Assembly: GCA_963742335.1 (NCBI GenBank)
Contig: CAVULL010000013.1
Coordinates: forward strand, 15,297 to 79,296
Source: an uncultured Verrucomicrobiae bacterium
GTDB lineage: Bacteria; Verrucomicrobiota; Verrucomicrobiia; Chthoniobacterales; JAFAMB01
Length of the DNA stretch: 64,000 bases
Direction: 5' to 3'
Shown: positions 56,730 to 64,000 of the stretch, in pieces
How the letters are laid out: the number at the start of each line of letters is the position of its first letter
Numbering within the stretch: position 1 is the first letter of the stretch
The notes under the pieces: generated by a model
Seen by the model: only the letters and a program-made list of their open reading frames with translations
Database searches by the model: none
What the model was told of the DNA's origin: nothing
Program-made: the position numbers and the translations under genes

Positions 56730-57100
56730 CCGGCCGGTAACGCTCTGCCCGACCGCTGCCGGAACGGCGGCTCCGCGTGAACGCGCGGGGCACGATGTCT
56801 TCAGACGCTGCGATTTGGCGTACAAGAATCGGCGACTCTTCGGATGAACCCGGCAGGTCAGAACACGGCGGATAATCGCCTGAGATCAAACTTTGGAGTT
56901 CAGCCTACCCGGCCAATGCGCGACAACTCTTGGCCGGGCGAAGTACATCGGTGGACTGCGCCGAGCTCCAAGCCACTCAAAGGGCCACTGAACCCGCCCA
57001 ATTGGATTCCCATGCCGTCCCAAAACAGCCTGCTGAAACTCGACGTCGCCGTGCGACCGACCGAAGTAGTTCTTGTGATCGATGTCCAGTTAGCGAATAT
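56730..57100. repeat. diverged, frame-broken duplicate of 56090-56410
   Basis: Nucleotide similarity is visible by eye (for example acgctctgcccgaccgctgccggaacggcggctccgcgtgaacgcg against atgctttgcccgacagccgccggaatggcggctccgtgtgaatgcg). The peptide HGAAIPAAVGQSITGRERDE against RGAAVPAAVGQSVTGRDRER falls in a different frame. Confidence 0.5.
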
Positions 57101-57134
57101 TTGAGTATTCAAGTAGGCCTATGAAATATCGGGG

Positions 57135-58325
57135 TTAGTGACTCTCAACAATACCGGGCAAAAGGGCTTGGCCGACCTTAGCGCCGAATGGATCTTCAAT
57201 TCTTTTTTGGAGTCTAGTTCGCTTTTGAATCTCGACCAAAACTGGAGAAGCCCCGTATGCTCTGCTCCTTGTCTCACCGATCGGAACTAAAAGTCCTTCG
57301 TCGACCAATAACTTTAAATCCCTGCTGGCAAGATTCTCACTGATCTCAGAGATTTTTCTGTAGGTTGAATTACGAATTCTATAGCCTCGGGTAGCATCCA
57401 CGAGAGCAAACATGCATCGCTCGGGAAGCCGTTTCTGTTCAACCAACTGCTCAATTTCATCCGAAATTCGCTTCAGCTCTTCAATTCGTCGAACAATGGT
57501 TTTTGCCTGGCGGTAATGCGCAGTTAGTGAGAATCGGATCCAGAGCCGGGCATTATTTTTTGGATGCCAGCTCCCTTGGCCCACTTCGGCCAATACGTTG
57601 TAATATTCCTGGGTATTGCGTCCTAGGTATTCTTCGATGCTACAAAATTGTGGTTCTAGGATACCTTCACGCGCTAGCACCAAGGTCTGAAGACATCGCG
57701 ACATCCTGCCGTTCCCGTCCGAAAATGGGTGAATCATGACTAAATTAAGATGAGCCATTGCCGCACGGATAAGCGGGGAAGCCGAAACCTCACTGTTTAA
57801 ACACAAAAGAAGCTCTTTGATCAGTTCTGGTATTTCTTCCGCCTCTGGCCCTTCGTAAACGATATTTCCACTTTGCTGGTCACGGACGTAGATCACGCCC
57901 GGGCGCCACGTTCCAGGGTGTTTGGAGAGCTCATGTCCGAGCATCATAAAATGAAGAGCCTTTAGTAAACCGTCACTGTAGGAAAAAGTCGGGTCGTGGG
58001 CTAGTTGAAGCACATAGGTCATGGCGGTCTGATAGCCCTTTATGGCATGCCAAGTATCGGCAAGAGCATCAATGGGGGCTTCTCCTTCGACCGCAGCAAT
58101 AGCATCCTCTTCAGTGACGTTATAGCCTTCGATGCTGTTGGAGCCACGGATCGCTCGAGCGAATGTGCTCCGACGCAACAAGCCTATCCACCGAGCAGGC
58201 GTGTGAAGAGAATACTTAATGCTCGTGCGGATTTTCCCAATCTCGTCCAATACGTGGTTCTCGGCTGGACCAAGCTCCGGGCACCTGAAGACCATGCAAG
58301 AAATACATATGCAATACCGCGACAC
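57135..58325 (-). CDS. Fic-family protein
   Basis: Fic motif HPFSDGNGRMSR. C-terminal winged-helix-like region. The start could be an internal ATG. Confidence 0.85.
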   Translation of the reverse strand: MSRYCICISCMVFRCPELGPAENHVLDEIGKIRTSIKYSLHTPARWIGLLRRSTFARAIRGSNSIEGYNVTEEDAIAAVEGEAPIDALADTWHAIKGYQTAMTYVLQLAHDPTFSYSDGLLKALHFMMLGHELSKHPGTWRPGVIYVRDQQSGNIVYEGPEAEEIPELIKELLLCLNSEVSASPLIRAAMAHLNLVMIHPFSDGNGRMSRCLQTLVLAREGILEPQFCSIEEYLGRNTQEYYNVLAEVGQGSWHPKNNARLWIRFSLTAHYRQAKTIVRRIEELKRISDEIEQLVEQKRLPERCMFALVDATRGYRIRNSTYRKISEISENLASRDLKLLVDEGLLVPIGETRSRAYGASPVLVEIQKRTRLQKRIEDPFGAKVGQALLPGIVESH

Positions 58326-58855
58326 GTCAAATACATTCTGATATAATATCGCTTATTTGCTTGCATTCTGATCTACTTATAAATACAAATTTACAGGTTC
58401 AGAATCTGTGGGTGCCTCGTTTTTTGGCCTCTTGTTGGGGCAGTGTTTGGCCGATGGCTTCTTCGTACGCCAGCGCCACTGAACCGGTCCATCCAAAGCA
58501 TTTGGATGACGTTGTTGTGCGAGGCCAAACGGGAGACCCGACTCAGGCGGAGCTTCGCGCCTACCTGGTGTCGGGACTTCCGGCGTCAACCCATCAGTAA
58601 ATAATTATTCAGCGGACCTTCGCTCGGGTGCGACAGTGACCTGTGCCGAAGCCATCCAAATCAGCGGATCAAGGCGATTCCGACGACCCAGCACAGACTA
58701 GCAAAGAGGCGCTGGCAAAGATCGCAGAAAATGCGCCTCAGATACTTCCGGGTGAGCCGTCGGGCAACCCGCAGCCAGGTAAGCCGCCCTCGATGGCTCC
58801 TATCGCTGATGACAAGGACGGAACCGAGGAACCTAAGCTTCCCAGGCGCGGTGGA

Positions 58856-59047
58856 CTACCGCCGGAGAACGATCCGCCGGCCGCTTAAAATATTAGGGCA
58901 GGGCTGTCGGCCTCGCCGGAAAAAATCGTGCAAGACGGCTTTGAAACGCCCCTGAAAAAGCGGGCTGCGCCTGTGATGTAACTGGTTGTACCAAGCACTG
59001 AACGAGAGATTGAGCCATTGGATGTCTCGACTCTGGTTGGGCCTCAA
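58856..59047 (-). pseudogene. fragment of an IS200/RAYT-type (Y1) transposase
   Basis: WYNQLHHRRSPLFQGRFKAVL matches the conserved xxNRRHxRxGHLFQGRFKS block. Only about 40 aa are recognisable. Confidence 0.5.
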
Positions 59048-59138
59048 TCTCTCGATTTGGAGATGGTAAGTGGACTTGTTATTAGGTCAGCCGCCCTCAA
59101 CTTGCGTAAGTACATCATAATGAACAACTTGTACACCA

Positions 59139-59491
59139 TGGAGGCGAGGGGAGTCGAACCCCTGTCCTTAAAGCCATCGTTCCAAACTTCTACATGCGTA
59201 TCCGATCGATATATAGAATGAGTTTAGCGGATCGGCGCGCGTCGCTCACTCTTGTGTCCACGAGATAACTCTCATCATCCGGCGCGGTCACCCCGCCTTC
59301 TGACCAGCCTGCTGTCGTCGCATCCAGCCTTAGCAGGCATCCGGCTGGACACGTCACGGATATTTAGGCCGCGAGAGCGAGATCGTTAGTCTCAGCAGTT
59401 ATTTTTTTGACTCGATTTTTTACGAGGCCAACGAGTCTTCCTCGGCATGCCGCCTGGATCTCAAACCCTAAGTCGAAACCAGTACGCCCCC
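59139..59491 (-). ncRNA. ssrA: tmRNA (SsrA)
   Basis: 5' GGGGGCGUACUGGUUUCGAC pairs with 3' ...GGGGUUCGACUCCCCUCGCCUCCA (acceptor stem with G3:U). Tag-like reading frame GCU GAG ACU AAC GAU CUC GCU CUC GCG GCC UAA (59364-59396) gives AETNDLALAA. Confidence 0.85.
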
Positions 59492-59614
59492 AGTTTAATG
59501 GGCCCAGGAAGATACGCTGTTGCTCCTGCGGAAGCAAATGGAGGCTGGGCAGTTTTTCAGGGTCAGTTGCTCAGGCAGTCCGCGATTGGGCAGATTTTCT
59601 CACTGATACTGACC

Positions 59615-59707
59615 CGAATGGCACGAAGATAAGCGTCGAAGGTTCCCAAGGGGACAGAGCAAATCGAGACGATTCGCTTACGTTCGGAGGAGCCGCTTGC
59701 CCTGAAC
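59615..59707. repeat. inverted, truncated copy of the 115 bp MITE-like element
   Basis: gaatggcacgaagataagcgtcgaaggttcccaaggggacagagcaaatcgagacgattcgc... is the reverse complement of 9037-9129. Confidence 0.55.
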
Positions 59708-59719
59708 GGGGACAGGAGA

Positions 59720-60166
59720 CTAGATCTCAAACGCCAAGGCGTGTTCGCCGCGGCTTTCGTCGAGAAGATCCTGAACAGTCTTCGAATTGAACAGATCGCG
59801 AATTGTCTCTCGGGTCTGTCGCATCAACGGGCGCAAGGGACAGTGGATCGGATCCGGGCATCCGCAAGGTTCACCTGGTCGCTCCAAAGCGCATGGTAAC
59901 GGAGCGATCGGTCCATCGAGCAGTTCGATAATGTCCAGAACAACGATTTCCGAAGCCCGTTTGCGGAGCGAATAACCGCCTCCTACTCCTCTTTTGCTCG
60001 TTAAGAGCCCTTCATTTCTGAGGTGCAACAAGATCTGCTCCAGAAATTTCACCGGAATATTCCCGCGCTCAGACAATTCCTGTATCTGGTGAATCTTTTC
60101 TGTTTGATCCCTGGCGATCAACAACAAGGCTCTCAGCGCATATTCCGCTCTCCTGGAAATCCGCAT
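59720..60166 (-). CDS. Rrf2-family transcriptional regulator
   Basis: MRISRRAEYALRALLLIA...IPVKFLEQILLHLRNEGLLTSKRGVGGGYSL. Cys cluster (C-x-C-x5-C region) near the C-terminus. Confidence 0.85.
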   Translation of the reverse strand: MRISRRAEYALRALLLIARDQTEKIHQIQELSERGNIPVKFLEQILLHLRNEGLLTSKRGVGGGYSLRKRASEIVVLDIIELLDGPIAPLPCALERPGEPCGCPDPIHCPLRPLMRQTRETIRDLFNSKTVQDLLDESRGEHALAFEI

Positions 60167-60310
60167 CCTCTCCAATAAACCCTAAAACCCCGGAAGTTTC
60201 TAGAGTATTTGGCAAAAACGTGGGCGAGGGGCGGGGGAAGAAACGCAACGGGTGGCGTCGTCGCTCCGATTCCCCCTGGACCCGCGGACAAAAGGCGTGC
60301 AGCGTTCGTG

Positions 60311-61189
60311 ATGCTCTATCCCCCCGTCCCGGTTAGTTTTCTTGGCGTCGGTTTGATGGGTAAACCGATGGCCATGAATCTCATCAAGAGGGGTTACCAG
60401 GTCACTGTCTGGAATCGAACTCCCAGCAAGGCTGCGGAACTCATGAGTGCCGGGGCCAGGCTAGCCAAATCGCCTGCCGACGCCGTGCGCCAGGCTGAGG
60501 CTGTCGTATTGATGCTTGAGAACGGTGTTGTGGTGACTGACTTACTCTTCGCCCAAGGCGTCGCGGACGCCTGCCGCGATCGGGCTCTCATTGTCGACAT
60601 GAGTTCCATTGCGCCGGCCATCGCAGAGGATCATGCCCGACTGCTGGTCAAAACCGGGCTGCGCTACATTGATGCCCCGGTCTCTGGCGGAACGGTTGGC
60701 GCGGAGGCAGCTACCCTGGCAATTATGGCCGGGGGCGAAGAAGCAGATATCCTGGAGGCGAATCCGATTTTTGCCGCGATGGGAAATGTAACTCACGTGG
60801 GACCCCATGGACGGGGACAACTCTGCAAACTTGTCAATCAATGCATCGTTGCGGTGACGATCGGCGCAGTGGCGGAGGGATTGACCCTGGCCAAGGCTGG
60901 TGGCGCCGATCCGGCTCAGGTGCGCAAGGCTATCACAGGCGGCTTTTGCCAAAGCCGGATCCTGGAACTTCATGGCCAACGGATGATTGACCGGAATTTC
61001 GTCCCGGGGGGATTCATCAAGAATCAGCTCAAAGATCTGAACGCTGTTCTCGAACTGGCCGCGAATCTTCAGATTCGGCTACCGCTCACAACGCAGGTCT
61101 CCGAACTTTTTAAAGCTCTTGCCGATTCTGGCAAAGGAGAACTGGACCATAGTGCATTGATCCTCCAGATCGAGGCCATGCGGGCATGA
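60311..61189 (+). CDS. NAD(P)-dependent 3-hydroxyisobutyrate/2-hydroxy-3-oxopropionate dehydrogenase-like oxidoreductase
   Basis: Rossmann FLGVGLMGKPMAMNL, DAPVSGG, and a catalytic-Lys region. Start set to the ATG at 60311. Confidence 0.85.
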   Translation: MLYPPVPVSFLGVGLMGKPMAMNLIKRGYQVTVWNRTPSKAAELMSAGARLAKSPADAVRQAEAVVLMLENGVVVTDLLFAQGVADACRDRALIVDMSSIAPAIAEDHARLLVKTGLRYIDAPVSGGTVGAEAATLAIMAGGEEADILEANPIFAAMGNVTHVGPHGRGQLCKLVNQCIVAVTIGAVAEGLTLAKAGGADPAQVRKAITGGFCQSRILELHGQRMIDRNFVPGGFIKNQLKDLNAVLELAANLQIRLPLTTQVSELFKALADSGKGELDHSALILQIEAMRA

Positions 61190-61207
61190 TCAATTTCATT
61201 CCACTGT

Positions 61208-62353
61208 TTATCGACTATAAGAGGTTTTTGATCTGATCCGTCTGAAAAGCGTTTGGTATTGGTCTGCGACCCGTTCAAGGTCGAATCGTTCAACCATTTC
61301 CCAACTCATCTGGCGCATGGCAAGACGAAGATAGGGATCGGAAAGGAGCGCTCTTAATTTTTCAACCCACTGGTCGGGGGTTTGCAGCGGAAGGAGAAAT
61401 CCGTTGACTCCGGAAATCACACACTCGTGGAGCGTCGGAATATCCGAACCCACCAGCAGCAGCCCGAATTTCAGGGCTTCCAGCGCTGCAACGGAGAGTC
61501 CCTCAGCCAGAGAAGGGAAGATAAAAATCTCGCCGTCACTCAATATTTTTTCGACCGCTGGTCGATCGAGCCAACCGTGGAAACGAACTCGCTCGCGGAG
61601 AGCGAAGTTTGTGAACGCGGTTTCAAGGGCGCCGCGCTCTGGACCGTCTCCGACAATATCAAATTCCCACGGCAGCTCTCGGACATTCGCGAGGATCGGA
61701 GGGAGATAGTGCAGGTTTTTTTGCGGGTTCAGCCTCCCGACAAACACCAGTCGAGGGATAGTCGCGGAGAGTTGGGGTCTTGGAGGACGGTCTGAAAGCG
61801 ATATTCCATTCGGAATGATTGTCAGTTCGCGTCCATAAGCTTTTTGGGCGAGATCACCCACGAATTCACTGACACCGACAAGTGCGGCGGCCTGGCGCCA
61901 AATGGGTTGGATCAAAGGGTTTAACCAGCGAAAAAGCGTGTCCGTTTGCTCAGGGATCGCACCAGGAACGTCGCCGAGCTGGGATGTGATAACGTAAGGG
62001 CGCCGCCCAAAGCTTTTGCCGATCAAGGCTAATACCCCGGTTGGAACCGCGAAATGGGCATGAATCAGGTCGGGGTCGAACTCAGCGATATGACGCAGGG
62101 TCGGAATCGCGCTGGAAATTAGATATCCAGCCATCTCGAGCGGCGAACACCGATCTGCTCGCTGCCGAAATCCCCAGCTCCGATAGACATCCACCTCCGC
62201 GACGCGCTCGCGGGCAGGTGCATCTCCAAAACGGATTGTCTGAACGCGCACCTGATGGCCTCGACGCGCCAGGGCTTCAGCGATATCTTTCGCCGCTCGC
62301 CCGCCTCCGCCTCCAACCGGAGGCCACTCGTAACAGAGGGTCAGGATCCGCAT
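61208..62353 (-). CDS. GT4-family glycosyltransferase
   Basis: MRILTLCYEWPPVGGGGG N-terminus. C-terminal E-x7-E region (FIFPSLAEGLSVAALEALKFG). Confidence 0.85.
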   Translation of the reverse strand: MRILTLCYEWPPVGGGGGRAAKDIAEALARRGHQVRVQTIRFGDAPARERVAEVDVYRSWGFRQRADRCSPLEMAGYLISSAIPTLRHIAEFDPDLIHAHFAVPTGVLALIGKSFGRRPYVITSQLGDVPGAIPEQTDTLFRWLNPLIQPIWRQAAALVGVSEFVGDLAQKAYGRELTIIPNGISLSDRPPRPQLSATIPRLVFVGRLNPQKNLHYLPPILANVRELPWEFDIVGDGPERGALETAFTNFALRERVRFHGWLDRPAVEKILSDGEIFIFPSLAEGLSVAALEALKFGLLLVGSDIPTLHECVISGVNGFLLPLQTPDQWVEKLRALLSDPYLRLAMRQMSWEMVERFDLERVADQYQTLFRRIRSKTSYSR

Positions 62354-62405
62354 AGGGCTCTCTTGCCGCCTGATTCGCATTGTTAGCTTTTCAATGTGTG
62401 GAGTA

Positions 62406-62757
62406 GCGTTCGGCGTTCAACGTTCGGCGTTCAACGTTCAACGTTCGCGTTCGCGTTCGGCGTTCAACGTTCGGCGTTCGGCGTTCACCGTTCGGCGTTC
62501 GGCGTTCGGCGTTCGGCGTTCGGCGTTCGGCGTTCGGCGTTCGGCGGCGCTCTCTTCAACTAAGCTCTCAAGCGCCGACACGCTGTTACGTTGCTTTCCG
62601 ATGGCGGCAGAGAGCCCCTCATTTTTGCAGAGCATTTTCGATTGGACTCAGATGAAACGCAAAACATCGTCGATTCGACCGTCGCCCGCCGACTGCGCCG
62701 CCGAACGCCGAACGCCGAACGCCGAACGCCAAACGCCAAACGCCAAACGCCGAACGC
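62406..62757. repeat. inverted arrays of a heptanucleotide tandem repeat flanking a 150 bp unique core
   Basis: Left arm has about 20 units of CGTTCGG/CGTTCAA (62406-62546). Right arm has 8 units of CCGAACG/CCAAACG (62701-62757), the reverse complement. Confidence 0.85.
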
Positions 62758-62765
62758 CAAACGCC

Positions 62766-64000
62766 TCACCTCACGAGCTGCGAGTTCTCCAACAACCAGG
62801 CGCACCATAGCATCCCGCGATCGTCTCGTCTGCCTGCCCGGTGATCGGCCAAACGGCGGCTGATCCAAGACCAATCCAGTTCCTTCGGCTTGGCCGCAGA
62901 CGTATCCAGGGTCAGTTGACCGCTTTTAAACCAATTCCCGATCGGACTTCCGAAGCCTTTTTTCGGTCGGTCAATGACTTCATCTGGGATCAGCCCGCGA
63001 ACCGCTTCCTTCAGAATATATTTCGTGATGCCTCCTCGCAGTTTGTAGTTTGCGGGAATCCTGCGCGCAAAGTTAACGACATTAACGTCTAGAAACGGAC
63101 AACGGGCCTCTAGCCGGTGCATCATGCTCGCGCGATCCGTCTTCACCAAAATGTCATCCTGAAGATAAAGCCGAACATAAAATTGAATTGTGCGATCAAC
63201 GTCATTATTCGCGGATGGATGATTCCAGGCGGCAATCGCCTCTGAGTAAAGTTCTTCCGGATCCGGTTGAGAATCGAAAAGTTCGCCGATCCCTTGAAGA
63301 TCGAGTGGACCCATCCAGGTGGCTAGCCAGTATTGCTCTGGACGGCTGAGCCCTCGGAGTATCCGTTTCAATTTGAAATCAAGGCTCATATTGGCATGTG
63401 AAACGGGCAGTCGTTCGACCAGAGAACGAATGAGGCGATTGATCTTTCCTGGCGCAAATGCACTGTAGAGTCTGGCCGGTTTTAAGGCCCGAAAAGGATC
63501 GTATCCGGCGAAGAGTTCGTCGCTGCCATCTCCGCTGAGCGCGACTGTCACATGTTGGCGAGCTAACTTGGCAACGAGGGCTGTTGGAAGAACAGAGCTA
63601 TCACCCATCACTTCGTCGAGTTTTCCGGCCGTCTGAAGCGCCCAGGTCAGATAACGGTCTGGCGAGAACACTTCCTCGTGGTGACGCGTCCCGGCGATTT
63701 TGGCACCTAGCCGAGCAAACTCCCGTTCATCGAATGATTTTTCCTCAAACCCGATGCTGAAGGTTTCAATGGAGGGATGATGTTTGGCCGCCAGGGTGGC
63801 GATGGTGGTTGAATCGATTCCTCCACTTAGAAAAACTCCCACCGGTACATCCGCTTGCAGCCGGCATCGCACAGCTTCATCGAGCAGCTGGACCAATTCT
63901 TCGCCCCAGGTCCGCTCTGGATTATTGGGGATCACCTCGAAGGGATCGAGCTCGAACTCCCAATATTTGCGAATCTCGCATCGCAAACTCTGGACAGGCA
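62766..64000 (-). CDS. asparagine synthase (glutamine-hydrolysing), C-terminal synthetase part; N-terminus lies beyond the window
   Basis: SGGIDSTTIA (PP-loop SGGxDS). ALSGDGSDELFAGY. The frame is open to the window edge. Confidence 0.85.
   Translation of the reverse strand, partial: PVQSLRCEIRKYWEFELDPFEVIPNNPERTWGEELVQLLDEAVRCRLQADVPVGVFLSGGIDSTTIATLAAKHHPSIETFSIGFEEKSFDEREFARLGAKIAGTRHHEEVFSPDRYLTWALQTAGKLDEVMGDSSVLPTALVAKLARQHVTVALSGDGSDELFAGYDPFRALKPARLYSAFAPGKINRLIRSLVERLPVSHANMSLDFKLKRILRGLSRPEQYWLATWMGPLDLQGIGELFDSQPDPEELYSEAIAAWNHPSANNDVDRTIQFYVRLYLQDDILVKTDRASMMHRLEARCPFLDVNVVNFARRIPANYKLRGGITKYILKEAVRGLIPDEVIDRPKKGFGSPIGNWFKSGQLTLDTSAAKPKELDWSWISRRLADHRAGRRDDRGMLWCAWLLENSQLVR

Noticed and set aside
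58361-58888. Two small plus-strand ORFs between fic and ssrA. One contains HLDDVVVRGQTGD, reminiscent of a TonB-dependent receptor plug start.
   Set aside because: These are isolated short matches with no downstream beta-barrel, probably chance or a tiny relic.
59407-59790. 127-aa plus-strand ORF.
   Set aside because: It overlaps the tmRNA gene and a MITE fragment. Its composition is Arg/Ser/Pro-rich and it has no motif.
62406-62757. Possible CRISPR array.
   Set aside because: The repeat unit is only 7 nt with no spacers, and the arrays are inverted relative to each other. No cas genes are in the window.
62394-62874. ORFs translating the heptamer arrays on both strands (RRSAFGV repeats).
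   Set aside because: Open frames exist on both strands only because of the repeat periodicity. There is no start context, and the region is better explained as non-coding repeat arrays.

Overview
The window is a 64 kb chromosomal segment from a moderately GC-rich bacterium. Gene content and the frequent lack of Shine-Dalgarno sequences suggest a soil Verrucomicrobiota-like organism, but I cannot verify this. Most of it is ordinary housekeeping and accessory genes: a response regulator, an ECF sigma factor, DUF72, Ku, a transglutaminase-like protein, a PAS hybrid histidine kinase, mtnK-mtnA, a TPM protein, a sugar-phosphate isomerase, a large MscS-family channel, DUF2252, SDR, MaoC, SRPBCC, an APC permease, VapBC, SYLF, a methyltransferase, Rrf2, a HIBADH-like dehydrogenase, a GT4 glycosyltransferase and an asparagine synthase. 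The standout is a cluster at 33.2-43.3 kb with three divergent paralogs of a P1B-like P-type ATPase. One keeps TGES/DKTGT/GDGxND. The other two have all catalytic signatures replaced, and one of them has also lost its nucleotide-binding domain. This cluster also carries two 141-codon small ORFs, a P-loop GTPase with a DUF697-like membrane tail, and several proteins with K/R/S-rich tails. I know of no described system that matches it. Other points of interest:
- A sulfate-binding protein gene is translationally coupled to a SulP transporter.
- tmRNA (ssrA) sits next to a decayed accessory island containing a TIR pseudogene, an ORF with an in-frame stop, Fic, Uma2, a RAYT fragment and a diverged duplication.
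- There are two MITE-like element families plus a REP-like palindrome family.
- A 727 bp spacer is packed with hairpins.
- Inverted arrays of a heptanucleotide repeat lie upstream of the glycosyltransferase.
All product calls rest on motif recognition by eye, with no database search.
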